Assembly (NCBI GenBank): GCA_951406725.2
Contig: OX597828.1
Location: 75,578,001-75,642,000, forward strand
Length of the DNA stretch: 64,000 nucleotides
Direction: 5' to 3'
Origin: Octopus vulgaris
Taxonomy: Eukaryota
In this document: positions 27,066-40,743 of the stretch, one piece after another
Layout: each line of letters begins with the position of its first letter
Numbering within the stretch: the stretch's first letter is position 1
Translations under genes and position numbers: made by a program
Notes under the pieces: model-generated
Told to the model about the DNA's origin: nothing
What the model saw: the letters and a program-made list of their open reading frames with translations, nothing else
Database searches by the model: none

Positions 27066-27342
27066 CCGTTGGTATATCTCAGCGTATTTATCATTCTATT
27101 TAACTATATAGCAAAATAATATCTCTATGCGTATTTACCTACAAAATACTCTATCGATCATACATACTTACATATACGCATGTTTATACACACGAGCAAA
27201 GCCCATATCTTTGTGTGTGTGTAGAGTATATTCATACGCGAACTTTAGGTTAGCTTAAATATGTTTCTGACATATTTCATCTTCTAAAGGCAAATTCACT
27301 GCAGTTATTGTGGAGAGAAAAAATAAATCTCTCTTACAGTAA

Positions 27343-27700
27343 AAGGAGTGGAGCCACCATATGGGTTCAATCCCACTGCGTAACACCTTTGGCAAGTGTC
27401 TTCCACTCTAGCCTTGGGCCGACCAAAGGCTTGTGAGTGGATTCGGTAGACGGAAACTGAAAGAATCCCGTTGTGTGTATAAATATATATATATGTATTT
27501 GTGTGTCAGTGTTTTTGCCCCCACCATCGTTTGACAACCGATGTTGGTGTATTTACGTTCCCATAACTTAGCGGTTCGGCAAGACAGACCGATAGAGTAA
27601 GAACTAGGCTTACAAAGAATAAGTCCAGGGGTCGATTTGTTCGACTAAAGGTGGTGCTCCAGCATGGCCACATTCAAATGACTGAAGCAAGTAAAAGAGT
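27343..27700 (+). mobile_element. SINE family B copy
   Basis: GGGTTCAATCCCACTGCG...GGCAAGTGTCTT...GGTGCTCCAGCATGGCC...AAGTAAAAGAG. Confidence 0.85.
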
Positions 27701-27885
27701 ATAAGACTATAAACACGCACACACACACATGAATGTGAATTTGTGTGTGTAGAGGAATATAAACTTTTCTTTAACTGTAAATCTCAATGTGTGACACGTG
27801 ATCGGAGGTTCACATACGTTGCACTAATCAGCGTAACGTACGAAACCGTGTCCTGGAATAATTTACCTAGCTTCACATCTAAGAC

Positions 27886-27921
<36 letters not shown>

Positions 27922-29379
27922 TGTGTGTGTGTGTTTGGGAGCTTTGAACAGACCACACTCTTCATACAAACACAAGTATTGTTCAACTTGACATTTTATA
28001 CTTGCTGATGAGTAAACGATGCTGGATGAAACCCTTGTGTATGGGGGGAAAATATGGATTTCAAATTTTGGCACATGGCTAACAATTTGCGGAGAGGCGC
28101 TCAGTCAATTACATTGGCACCAGTGCTCAACTGGTTCCTATCTTATTGCCGAGACTACCATGTTGGTATTTGAACTCAGAACGTAAACTCAGCAGGTTTT
28201 CCGGTGTGATACAGGGAAAATATTGCAATCTATTTCAGTATTAATATTTGTATGTCAACATGTATTTTGAGCTCATCGTTACATAGATTAATTAAATTAT
28301 GTTATCATAGTGATTCTACATTACAGCGAGAACAACTCGATTCTCTTCCATAAAATATAACTCAAGAGAGATTTTGAGAAATATCTATCTCTCTATGCAA
28401 ATATAACATCCACACATGACGTACCGTGTTCGTATATGTATCCGTATGGATGTGAATATTTGTATATGCGGCATTTTCAGTTACTACAAAAGATCAGTTA
28501 ATGCTGTAATGAGGAGTGGGTCGAGTGAAGGATTAGCTGTAGGAGAATTCCATTAATCTGCAGCCCCCTAAAAGCGATTTGTATTCTCTTTAAATGCCGC
28601 GGATTATACTTTAGCTCTTCAGACTTAGATTAGAGACCAAGAGATTGTGGTGGTGTACAAGTAGCGGTAATGCTGGTGGTGGTAGTGTTAGGGTTGAGAG
28701 TTTGTATGAGAGATAGAATTGGCGGTGTGGGTAGTGGTGTTGTTTGTGATAGAAGTAGTGTTAGGTCCTCAGGTAGCTGCAGAGTAGACGATGGAGTAGC
28801 ATATTTAATATGGTGGTGGTTATGCTACTGTGTGGTGAGAGAGGCGGTGGTGTTTGAACGTGAAACTGGATATCTAAGCTTGTGTGTGTGATTTTTCCAT
28901 TCGCAAAATATCTATGAGAAGTGTGTTAATGCGCGTGCATACATGCACGCATGCATGGAATATATGTGTATACATATCTCTGTTGTGTTCCTTTCCTATT
29001 CGATTCGTGTATAAGTGTAGGAATCTGTGAACGTTCGCATGTTAGAACGTGGGTATGGCTGAGCAATGTCTGTGCGTCGATGAACAAAATTCAGAAACGT
29101 TTACAATAACTACATCTGCTTATATAGAGCAACAGTTTAGAAGTATTTGGAATTATTTTTATTATTATCATTATTATTGGTTATTGTTGTTGCTCTTATG
29201 AAAACGAATAGTCGTTAGATTCTTCAGACTCGTTACCTGACAAATTCAAATACCATTTTTTACCTTTTAGGGATCGATAATCTAAAATACCAGTCAAGTA
29301 CTGCCTCTATATAATCAACTAGCCACACTTCCGCCACCAAATTTTCAGGCCTTGTCCCTATATTACTATTATTATTACC

Positions 29380-29670
29380 AAAATGCAAATATATGGGAAA
29401 TTACCACCTGTGTCATCTCTTGTGAAAGGTAGGAGAGTCCAGTTTGCTGGACATTGTTGTAGAGCTGAAAAAGAAGTAATTTCTACTCTTCTCCTCTGGA
29501 AGCCATCTACTCGCAATACCAGAGGGCGCACACTCTCCTACCCTGATGTAATCTCCAGGGATACAGGCATCCAGCAACAGGACCTCCGTAATGCTATGAT
29601 GGACCGTGAAATCTGGCGTAACATAGTAAATTCCATTGTCTCGACCACGGTCAAACAATGATGATGATTA
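29380..29670 (+). mobile_element. 3' end of an RTE-clade LINE
   Basis: ORF 29383-29661 IYGKLPPVSSLVKGRRVQFAGHCCR...GR...MMDREIWR is a typical RTE C-terminus; it ends directly in a (GAT)n/(ATT)n tail. Confidence 0.85.
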
Positions 29671-29721
29671 TTATCATTATAGACGTTATACAGTATACAA
29701 TTGCCATCATCATCATCATCA

Positions 29722-29959
29722 TGGCGGCAAGCTGGCAGAATCGTTAGCACGCCGGGCGAAATACTTAGCGGCATTTCGTCTGTCTTTACGTTCTGAGTTC
29801 AAATTCCACCGAGGTCGACTTTGCCTTTCATCCTTTCAGGTTCGATAAATTAAGTACCAGTTGCGTACTTTGGTCGATCTAATCGACTGGCCCCCTCCCC
29901 AAAAATTTTTGGCCTTGTACCTAGATTATTATTATTATTGTAGACGTCACGGGTATACA

Positions 29960-29992
<33 letters not shown>

Positions 29993-30780
29993 ACTATTAT
30001 TATTATTATTATCATTATTATTAAGGCGGCAAGCTGGCAGAATCGTTAGCACGCTGGGAAAAATGCTTTGCGACATTTCTTCACTCCTTAGTTCTGAGTT
30101 CAAATGCCGCCGGGGTCGATTTTGCTTAATACCAGTGGAGTTGATGTAATCGACTATCCTCCCCCTCCAAAATTTCAGACCTTGTGCATCTATTAGAAAG
30201 GATTATTGTTATTATTTGTTAAGGTGGAGACCGGGCTGAATTGTTTCTGCTCCGCACAAAATGCTTAGCGGCATTTCTTTTGACACTACGTTCTGAGTTC
30301 ATGTGCCGCTAGTACTTTCTTTATTTTTCATCCTTTCGGGGTCGATGAAATACGTACCACTTGAACACAGGAATCCTTGTAATCGACTTACACCCTCTTC
30401 CGAAACAGCTGGCCTTGTGCCAAAATTTGAAACCACTATGATTATTTTTATTATTATTATTATTACTGAGTGAGAGAGTAGCGCATGCCATCAAGTGACA
30501 CTGGAGTAAAATATACGAAACCTTGTATACCCATCATGACTACCCGTCTGATAAGGTTGTACCAGGCACATGCATTATTATTATGCCAGATGCGTAGAAT
30601 CGTGATTATGTTGGATAAAATGCTTTGTGGTATAACTTCCGACTTTCTACTTTTGGAGTTTGTATATCACATGGCGGCCTTCTTTGCCTAACATTCCTTC
30701 AGGGTCGATAGTATGAAATACCAGCGAAGTACTGATGCTGACTGTATCGGCTTACCCCTCTCCTTCGAAAATTACAATCC
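29722..30780 (+). mobile_element. Cluster of four SINE family A copies of different ages in TTA/CAT repeats
   Basis: Heads at ~29722, 30024, 30221 and a decayed one at ~30585. Each has a GAGTTCA-like box B and the Meta-like core. Confidence 0.8.
30466..30575 (-). mobile_element. (TAA)n-associated retroelement 3' end, family 3, second copy
   Basis: Reverse complement matches 38-149. Confidence 0.6.
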
Positions 30781-30927
30781 ATTATTATGGTTATCATAAT
30801 GGTGATATGAGTGAATATATAGCTGCCACTTTTTATGAGTGACTGAATATATATATATATGTGAGAGCGAGTGAGAGAGAAAGAGAGAGATAAAGGGACA
30901 CACACATTTATATATGAGAGAAAGAGA

Positions 30928-30971
<44 letters not shown>

Positions 30972-32359
30972 TGGGCAGAGAAAATGAAAGTTAAGGAGAA
31001 GAACGTAGAAATATTTAATTTTAATGATTTAAAAAACTGGAGAGACTAAAAACAGAATCTCGCGCATCAAACAACAAAAACTACAACTTTTGGAATCCGC
31101 CGTAACTACAATAACAATAATGATAAAACCGAAAAATTTTAATTGAAATGAATGAAATAAATTGTAAAAAAAGTAAAATAAGCTTTAAAAACCATGATCA
31201 GAAAATCAAAGAATCAATAACAAACGAGACAAACTATAAAAAAAGAGGTAGTAACAGTGAAGAGACAACAACAACAACAACAACTATAAAAGGAAGTAGG
31301 AATGAATTGCTGTCGTTGTTTACGTGTATTTTAACCAACGGTCAGTAATGGTTAGCTTTGACAGCTTAAAGTCATTGCAATATGTCGGCCATTTCGTTAT
31401 TGCAATGAAGATCTTTATTTCGGAATAAAAAAAAAAAATCCAATTTGTTCTTCAAACCATTTGTTAGATAGTCTACTCTTGCTTCACCCCACCGTACTCC
31501 AAAAAAAAGAACAAAATTAAACAACAACAAAAAGAAATACATACAAAACACCAAATAAACACAAAAAGAAACGTAGAAACCGCACTAAAACAACAACACT
31601 ATTGAGACAGCAACACGAACAAGATGCACAGACAGATCGACACACATTCTGGGTCTTCCTTTTCCATTTTGTTTTTTTTATTTAATTCCAATTTCCAATT
31701 GGATTTCTTGCTTGTAAAGAATGTAAGTTAATTAAATCATACTGTCTTGGTTTGGTTTTTATACACTATTATTATTATCATTATTAGTATCATTATTAGT
31801 ATCATTATTATTATCATTATTATTATTATTATTATTATTCAACTTTAATGAAGGTTCCATGGAAAGTCTAAGCCACAACAGACAAATATAAATAGATATA
31901 AAAAAAACTACAGATAACCCACCCTGCAAAGAAAAACAGAAATCAAGAAAGAGAGAGAAAGAAAACAAAATTTTCTTTTCCATTTGAACGAGAATATTTC
32001 GTTTTCTAACTTCCTGTTTCTTTCTTTCTTTCTTTCTTTCTTTTTTCTATGCATTTTCTTCTTTATTCAATCACATTCATTCGATTTCGTCATCATATCA
32101 TTCGCGGATTTACTCGTTCTTCAACATTCTTTTACTCACACATATTTCATAAATGCGTATACACACATATTTACAGGGACACATACACACACGCACTATA
32201 CATATACCTGTGAGGTGGTGGTGGCGGTGAAGTTAGACAGACAGACAGGCTTGAACAAGTTTATACGCGGAATGAAATTCCAGTCAACAACTACACAATA
32301 TTTTAAACTCTATATTAGTCAGTAAAGTATTACACCAACAGTCAACGTTCAGTTATTCT

Positions 32360-32415
32360 TGATAGATAGATTGATAGATGCATAAGCAGATAGATAGATA
32401 AGCAGATAAATAGGC

Positions 32416-32491
<76 letters not shown>

Positions 32492-32790
32492 CGATAGATA
32501 AGCAGATAGAGAGGTGAAAGGGGATGAATGACTGGATAGATAGCTGGTTGGATGAGCTGATAGACGGATGGAGAAATAGATGAGGACGGGCAGATGGAAG
32601 GTGAAATGGATGGATAAATGGATTCATAAAGAGATAGATGGAAGAACAAACGGATGGATGAACAGATGAATGCATGGATGGGTGACTAGATAGATACATG
32701 GACGAATAGATAAGTGGATAAACGGATGGATAGATAGAAACATGGGTAGATGCATATATATTTAGACAGATGGATTAGTAGATAGACTCA
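32360..32790. repeat. (GATA)n grading into (GATG)n tetranucleotide repeat
   Basis: Direct reading. Confidence 0.95.
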
Positions 32791-33408
32791 TGTCAGATCG
32801 ATAATATATATAGTTATATCTCTCGAAAATTTTATAAGCAGATAGATAATAGATAGACCGAAAAATGGATAGATTGATTGATTCACAGCTACATTGATAA
32901 ACAGAAAGGTAGAATCATTGATAGATATACAAATAAATTCAAGGACAGCAATATAGCTAGATATAACGGTATATTGATAGATAGAATATAAATACATTAA
33001 TCGATAAATAAATATTCATCTAGATCAATTGTTTGATAGATAAATTTGATAGAATAATAGATGTATATCACGAAAGTGAAATATTTAATTAGAACAATCA
33101 GGCAGATAGACGTACATACGCATACAGATTATAGACATACATATATAACATGCACACACACACATTTATATATAACAAACACATATAGAGATATACATTC
33201 ATCCATATACATACGAACATATATATCTGTGTGTGTGTGTGTGTGTGTGTGCTTTCATAGTCAGAGAAATATGAGAATGTGTTCCCAAATAGGCTACTGT
33301 ATGGAAATATATGTGGATAGACAGATAGATGTATTTATATATTCACAGATAGATCAATTGATTGAAAGATCGATAAGCATAAGGCTGATACCTAAAGGGT
33401 TGGTGATC

Positions 33409-33474
<66 letters not shown>

Positions 33475-34242
33475 CGCGTTTAATCTTGAAAGAGTGAGAT
33501 ATTAATAACTATGTTCATGGAGATGGAGTGAGAGAAGAGAGAGGCAGAATTACAAAGGTAACAAAGGAATTAGAAGATGGAAAAAGGGGGGAAGAATGAG
33601 AGAGAAAGAGAGGAGAGTCATGGAAAGAAAGAGGGGGCGGATAACATGAATTGATTCATTGATAATGGATTTCATAGATAAATAGGAAGCTGATCTGCTA
33701 CACACACAAATATATACATCCGTACACAAATTTCCGCAAACACTCCACATACACACACACACACCAAGAGCTTGGCCTACACATATGTATTGGAAAGCGA
33801 CTTTGGTACCTTTTGTGGACAGCCACTACTTGCCTGATAGTTATTTTATCGAATACAAAAATGAAACCGTAATTATTGTCAATAAGAAACATTTTCGTTC
33901 TATTGTTAATCCTTTTATGTATCTGGCAGTATTAAAAAGTAAGGTGAAGGGAATAAACTAGATTATAGCAAGGGTATCGAGTATGCAGCTCACCTACCCG
34001 CCATGCACCGTTCAGCAGGATATGATTCTATTGAAAACAGTGGAACAATATGTGGCGGTCGATTGCGTAGTGATTGGAACAGAGAGACTAGATTGAGGAA
34101 CGATTGAGGAATAAATCCAGTGTGGTACTCTACCAACCAGTTGCTAACCTCACTCTCTCGGGCCTGACCTAATTTACGAGTTGTCTGTTTAGTCTACATG
34201 CTATGAAGTTCTGAAAATATTTAGTGATTATCTGTAAAGAAT

Positions 34243-34749
34243 ATAACGTTTCGTGTGACCCCTTGCTATGCAATTTGCGGGGAAGGGCCAAAACCTTGCA
34301 TTATGTCCTCATTTTTCACAGCAATTAAATGTACAAAATGTTTTTTACCTCTTAAGGTTATCTCTAGATTTTTTATAGAAATCATAGCTGCTTCAGACTT
34401 TTGTTACGACTTTTCGTGTCGGAGACGTCTGATGTAGACAAGAATGCGATCGAAAATGAACAATGGTAATAGGCGTGGTATATTATGCTTGTATAACGAA
34501 ATACGGTGTCCCTACGGCTCATAAATAGAATGTCTTTTTGAACTCTAAACCGTCCTTGACCTTGGATTAAGGCTGATAAATTCTAATCCAACTGTTTCGG
34601 GAACATTGTTTCTATCTATGAAAGGCATAAATAGAAATTTAAAAGATTCAACATTTTGTACATTTAATTGCTGTGAAAAGTGAGAACATAATGCAAAGTT
34701 TTGGCCCTTCCCCGCAAATTGCAAAACGATGGGCCACGCAAAACGTTAT
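34243..34749. mobile_element. MITE or foldback element with ~105-135-bp TIRs
   Basis: ATAACGTTT...TGCAATTTGCGGGGAAGGGCCAAAAC.TTGCATTATGT.CTCA.TTTTCACAGCAATTAAATGTACAAAATGTT is mirrored at 34650-34749. Confidence 0.85.
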
Positions 34750-35454
34750 GTGGGATTCGAACTGTCAACTAAGAGGAAAAGAAAAGGTATTATGATTTTA
34801 GTTTGACTTTCTAACGTCTCCTGCAATCTGTGCCTCTCATTTTCTTGAAAATCATTGAAGATTTTGGAATTAGTGAGATAGCCAGAAATTTGTTTTGGTT
34901 TGATTGGTTATTGGGATTCTGTAACAATTATTCTTTCACGTACATACTGTAAAAGACATTTAAATGCCTTAAGAAGCCAAAGAAATGTGGTACCGAGTGT
35001 TGTCCTTCCGAGAGTTGACTGCTAAAATAGTCATTGCTCTCTTGATCCAGTAAATGAGTAGATGAGCTGATCCGCTGCAACTGATGAGCCTTGCTAATGA
35101 TTATTAACAATGTTGGTGTTGCGAACGGGATTCATACTAGAATTGAAATGTTGCTCACTTAATTTACCAAAAGTTTGCATTTACTGTACAGCAATAATAT
35201 AAATTACGACTAAAAAAATGAGGCGAAAATGGACTCTTCACGATGATGCAGCGTGCATCTTTAGCTCTTATGCATTACTAGTGGAATAGTTAATTAAAAT
35301 CAATAGATCAGTTCTAGGAGAGTAAGCAGACAGTCGCCTTATTCAACCGTTGGATTAATGTCGCGTCTATTTAGTGATATTTAATTAGGAGTCAGTAAAG
35401 GGATTTGCGAAACGTTGTCGTTCTTACCTGCAAGTTGTTGGTTTTGGTATATTT

Positions 35455-35935
35455 AAATGATAAATGTTGTCGAAATAAAGTTAGAATCACTTTTCGGTTG
35501 ATTGCACTAAATTAAAGATTACACAAAATTTTGACACCTTTTCAACTGATTAAAGCAGACAATCGATTTTACAGCTCTTAAAGATATTAAAAATAAATAA
35601 ATGAATGGAATGGATTGACGCGATTGTTCTTTCTTAATGAAGAATATTGTAGAAGTAAACTAGAATCACCATTGATTTGAAGTCAAAATTTATCTCAATT
35701 CCGACATGTCTCCGATTGATTAAAGCTGACGATCAGTGGCACTTGAAGAGACTTATAAAAAAAAGAAAAAAAAAAGTAATGCATTATTTTAATGATATTA
35801 AAATTACACAAATATATTTTATTGTACTTAATGATAAACACTGTACGAGTGCAGTAAAATAATTGCTGATTTGAAATCCAGATTTTGAAACCAATTCTAA
35901 CATTTCTTCAGTTGATTAAAACAGACGATCTTGAG
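35455..35935. repeat. Ancient degenerate tandem triplication, period ~170-200 bp
   Basis: TGATTAAA(G/A)C(A/T)GAC(A/G)ATC at 35547, 35717 and 35913, each preceded by homologous AATGA.AA...TGT...AGAATCAC / TGATTTGAA segments. Confidence 0.7.
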
Positions 35936-37078
35936 AATGTAACGAAGGAAGTCTACAATATCGAGCAAATGTAATAATTTGCTTTGACACGAAATGGAAG
36001 AGAAAGTCTGTCGCCATAGTGTTTCATACGAAAGACTTCTGAGTGGAATATATACGATTGAAGAATGAATTGAATATATCAAGTATAAAGTATGAAACTA
36101 TCTTTACATGAAAATATGAAAATACGGTAAATATTCAATAGTTTTCTGTTGCAAGGCAAAACCGCTATTCTCTGGTCAATAACAAGCGTTGTTATTCCAT
36201 TGTTATAACTCGAACATGTCCATTAGATTGATTTCGGATAGAAATTCAGCGTTACGTCTTTCAGAGAATGTAATCAAAACCAATCTTAGCGAATCATCAA
36301 GGGGGAACCGTTGTTAAGAAAAAATATATAAATATAAATAAAACAGAAAAATATCGAAGCTAGAAACGAAAACCGAAGCAAATGTATCGAATAATGTTTA
36401 TTAGCTTGGAATAATCAAGTGTGATGTTTTTTAGGCATTAAATGGAATTTAATGGATAGACTATTCATAGATTTTTGCTGTATTTCTTTGTAATTTTTTG
36501 TTATTTTTTTGTGTATATTTATTTTTCTGCTGCACTTGTTTTACATACTTTTTAGTTCTTTGATTCAAAGAGACGGGTTTCGCGTTCTTAATGTTAATGG
36601 CAGCAGAGAACTAAACCGGTATGGACTAATTTTTTTTTTTTTTTTAGAAAAAGAAGCCTAAATCGATTCCATTTATGTACCTCTACTACTGCTACTACAA
36701 CAACTATTACTAATGAACATAACAACAACAACAGTAATAATAATAACGTTGTCATTATGCGTTGTTGTTAATCTAAAAATAGTGAGCTATGAAAGAGAAA
36801 TGACGACGACGCACTCGTACCTGGAATGACATCAAATATGTCGATAGACATAGAGCTGACTAACACGAATACAGTCATACACGCGTATACACACACGTAC
36901 AGACAAACAAACAGACACTGACGCACACACAGTCACAAGAACACTGAAAGTTGCGCTCACGCGATTCGGCGGCAATCAAAGGAAATCATTAATTGATCAT
37001 TGATCAAGGAAAAATATCCATCAATAGGTTAACTTGTTGATTTATTTCAAGGAATAAAGAAGACGAAAAACAGAGTGT

Positions 37079-37134
<56 letters not shown>

Positions 37135-37265
37135 AAGCAGGATTGGCAGATAAAGTACGCAATGTGGTGTTGGATATACATTAAACACACACACACACAC
37201 ACACACACATAAAATCAGCTTTATTCACTTCGCTGATATTCAGTTTTGCAGTATGTCCTCTCGAC

Positions 37266-37334
<69 letters not shown>

Positions 37335-38100
37335 TACATATAGACAGGCACATTTTCATACGCAGATGCTACGTTCACACGGTCACGCGCGCACACATGC
37401 ATGTACACACACAGAGTATGTCTAAACCGAAAGCTATCTTTAAAACTCGTGCGGTCACCCGGCGATGTAACCGGCTCACAGATGAAGAACTGTGTTTTGG
37501 TGGCTCTGAGTATTGTGATGAGTAAATAAACTGTCGTCGCTTAGTCATCAATTTGTCTGACGAAGCGAATGTATAATTAATGTTCTTGGTAATTTTTAGC
37601 AATTTGAACAATGAATTACTTGGAATGTTAACTCGTTTGTGTGAAATTCTCAGACAAATTTGCATAAAATCTTTCATAGAGATTTGTCTACAGTTGAATC
37701 AGATTAAAGAGAGGATTGTTTAAAAGTGCGATTTTTAAAATCATGAAGAATATGTCAACAGACACATCATCAACGAAAGTGGTATTCAAGAGAATTGTCC
37801 GTGATTGCTCTGGATGTTTATGAAGATGTCACCTATAGAAATTGGTGGCTAATATTTTAAAATAAAGTTTAATAAAGCATCGCGCTGCAGTAGATTTTGT
37901 CCACATCAGGTGCCAAGTGACCAACGCTGCTTCAGTCTGAAAGAAAACTCTGAACAGTGTGTCCTAACACGCAATGAAACGCGCGTATGTGGACAGAGAG
38001 AGAAATAGAAACGATTCATGTCTATACAGAATGCATATATACATATTCACACTTAAAGAGAAAAGAATAAACACACACACACACACACACTCAGATATAT

Positions 38101-38141
<41 letters not shown>

Positions 38142-38775
38142 AAGAGAGAGAGAGACAGAGTCAAACACACAAGAACATGTACACTAGCACAAACACACAT
38201 ATTAAGATATATGGTAACCTACATGTATATAAACAGTGATGGTAGCACACACACATGCATATATATGTGTGTTTGTGTGTGTGTGTGTGTATGTGCGTGT
38301 GTGTGTGTGTGTGTACCTGTGTTTGAGTGTGGGTGGGTGTACATGTGTTTATGTGTGTTTGCATTGGTAGCTACATAATTAACTCTATGCCATAGTTTTA
38401 AGCAGGTAGCAGGATTCAATAGAAACGAATATCTCTGGATGTTAATCAGGGCGAAGTGGTAGAAAAATAAGACATTTTAATATCCGTTTCATGTCCATGT
38501 TCTTATGGCTTGAACACGTATTCAATATAACACATTTCCGTCATAGCGTTATTGAGTCCATTCCTTTGTCACCGTTTCTTAACTCTCTTGGACAAAACAT
38601 TACCATTTCTCACCAGATCTTTTTCTGATGGCGGATGTACATCGAAAAGGTTAAAATATTGGTCTATTTTGAGCGAATTAAAAATCATTCAACATTCTAC
38701 ACAACCCGCTCTAGATACTTGAAATTTTATTAATGTATTATAGATGGCGATGGTTTATTATGATGGTTATTACTA

Positions 38776-39105
38776 ACTGGCACTCCGTCGGTTACGACGA
38801 TGAATATTCCAGTCGTTCGGATCAACGGAACAGCTGGCGCGTGAAATTAGCATGTAAGTGACTGAACACTCCACGGACACGCGCAACCTTAGCGTAGTTC
38901 TGAGGGAGATTCAGCGCGACGCAGAATGTAACAAGGCTATCCCCCTTTGAATTACAGGTACCACTGATAATTGCCAGCTGAGAAGATTGGGGCAAAGTCA
39001 AAGAGAGTATCTTACACGAGGGTAAAACACCCCGCCGGGAACTGAACTCACGACCTTACAATCGTCAGCCGAATGCCCTAACCACTAAGCCACGCTCCTT
39101 CACAT
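38776..39105 (-). mobile_element. SINE family C (tRNA head plus CORE-like domain)
   Basis: Reverse complement GTGAAGGAGCGTGGCTTAGTGGTTAGGG...GAGTTCAGTTCCC...CTCAGCTGGC...GTTCCGTTGATCCG...GGAGTGCCAG; second copy at 46155-46480. Confidence 0.8.
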
Positions 39106-39194
39106 TATTGTTGTTGCACCAGAAAAATCACTTGTACATGTAACTGGGCGTTTTGAGTTCAAATCAACCGTGGATCGACTTGGGACCGGAAATG

Positions 39195-39397
39195 TACAGT
39201 GATTCCTCGCCATATCGCGATTCGCTTATTACGGTTTATTATTTAAGCTTACATCGTTTTCTCTGTGTTGTTGTTTTGCATTTATAATTAAGTAAATAAA
39301 TACAAATTATAAAATTATAAAAATACGCAGTACAGTACTGTTTCTATTTCGCGGATTTTTGGAATGTAACACCCGCGATATTTGAGGGATTACTGTA
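39195..39397. mobile_element. Tigger/pogo-like MITE with TA target duplication
   Basis: TA-CAGTGATTCCTCGCCATATCGCG ... CGCGATATTTGAGGGATTACTG-TA. Confidence 0.75.
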
Positions 39398-39424
39398 CAC
39401 TAATTTTCTTATCATTTAGGTAAT

Positions 39425-39830
39425 TAAGGCGGCAAGCTGGAAGATAATTAGAGGATTTCTTTTGAGCTTTTACATTCTGAGTTCAAATGCCACCGAAGAC
39501 GACATTGCCTTTCATGCTTGAGGGGCCGATTGAAATAAGTACCACTCGGACACTGGCGTCGATATAATCGGTTAATTTCCCTGCGTAAAAAAATTGCTGG
39601 GTTTGTGCCAAAATCGGAAACTTTTATTAGTTGAATTGAAAAGGCGGCGAACGGACAGAACCGTTATCTTTGCCGGAGAAAATGCTTCACAGCATTTCTT
39701 CCAGCTTTATGTTCTCAGCTCAAATTCCAACGTTTCTTCTCATCCTTTCAGGGTCGATAAAATAAGTACTAACTGACCGAGTCGATGTGGTCGACTATCC
39801 TCCTCCCCTACACACCCATATTGTGCTTAA
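39425..39830 (+). mobile_element. Two decayed SINE family A copies
   Basis: AAGGCGGCAAGCTGG...TTCTGAGTTCAAATGCC and AAGGCGGCGAACGG...CATCCTTTCAGGGTCGATAAAATAAGTAC. Confidence 0.75.
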
Positions 39831-40494
39831 AAATTGGTACAGAGCCAGATTAAACGCCTTGTTATATTCAGTTATGTCCCTTTAGTATTATTATTATTTT
39901 TTCCAGTTGGCTCCCACACCACAGGAAGTTTGCTTTTCAAACGTCCTCTGCTTTTGGGGTCAACTGACAAGGTACTAGTCAAATACTGGCCTTAAATGCG
40001 TTGCAGCCCCTCATACACTGAGCTCAAATCCCATCTAGATAGCGATATTCTTCACCCGTCCATGGATTGCTCTATAGTAAATTAAACACATACACCTGTG
40101 TATATATATGATGAATGAGCGACGGAAGATGGAAGATACGAGAATGCTTATTAATCATTACAACTATTTCGACCCATTTCGCGTCGATCACTCACGGATG
40201 GGATACTTAACAACTGGTTTAGGAGTATCCGTCGGTGTAGATGTGTCTCTCAGGTGATAATAAGATGTATCTGGTTAAAATAATAACTGTTACGCAAGAT
40301 ACCTTCTGGGTTTGCGTATAGAAAAGCAGGAAATTAAGGGATGCAGCCTCGTTTTTATAGAAGATCAATAGTTATTCACAGATACAAAAAGAAACGAATA
40401 CACAATATGTATCGTAATCTGAGCTTCCTAAAGTATATAAAATTGTATTTAATGCATTATCTGCAATAGCATTCAATATGATGTTGACTAAAGC

Positions 40495-40534
<40 letters not shown>

Positions 40535-40535
<1 letters not shown>

Positions 40536-40743
40536 CTATATAAACGGCAGTTTGTCTGTGCGTGTTTCGTGTGTCGTTTGCTTGTACCCTCACCCTGACC
40601 ACGGCTTTCAACCGATTCTGATGAAACTTGACCACACATGCAATGTCTAATTCAAACTATTTTGAAAAGTCTCAGTTCTGATATATTCACATGGGTCGAT
40701 ATGATGTTGACTACCTTTTTTACTCTCAAAAAAATTACATCAT

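Noticed and set aside
37400-37960. Possible Tc1-like transposase remnant (SPIE-like motif near 37830)
   Set aside because: Only one weak motif and no TIRs recognised.
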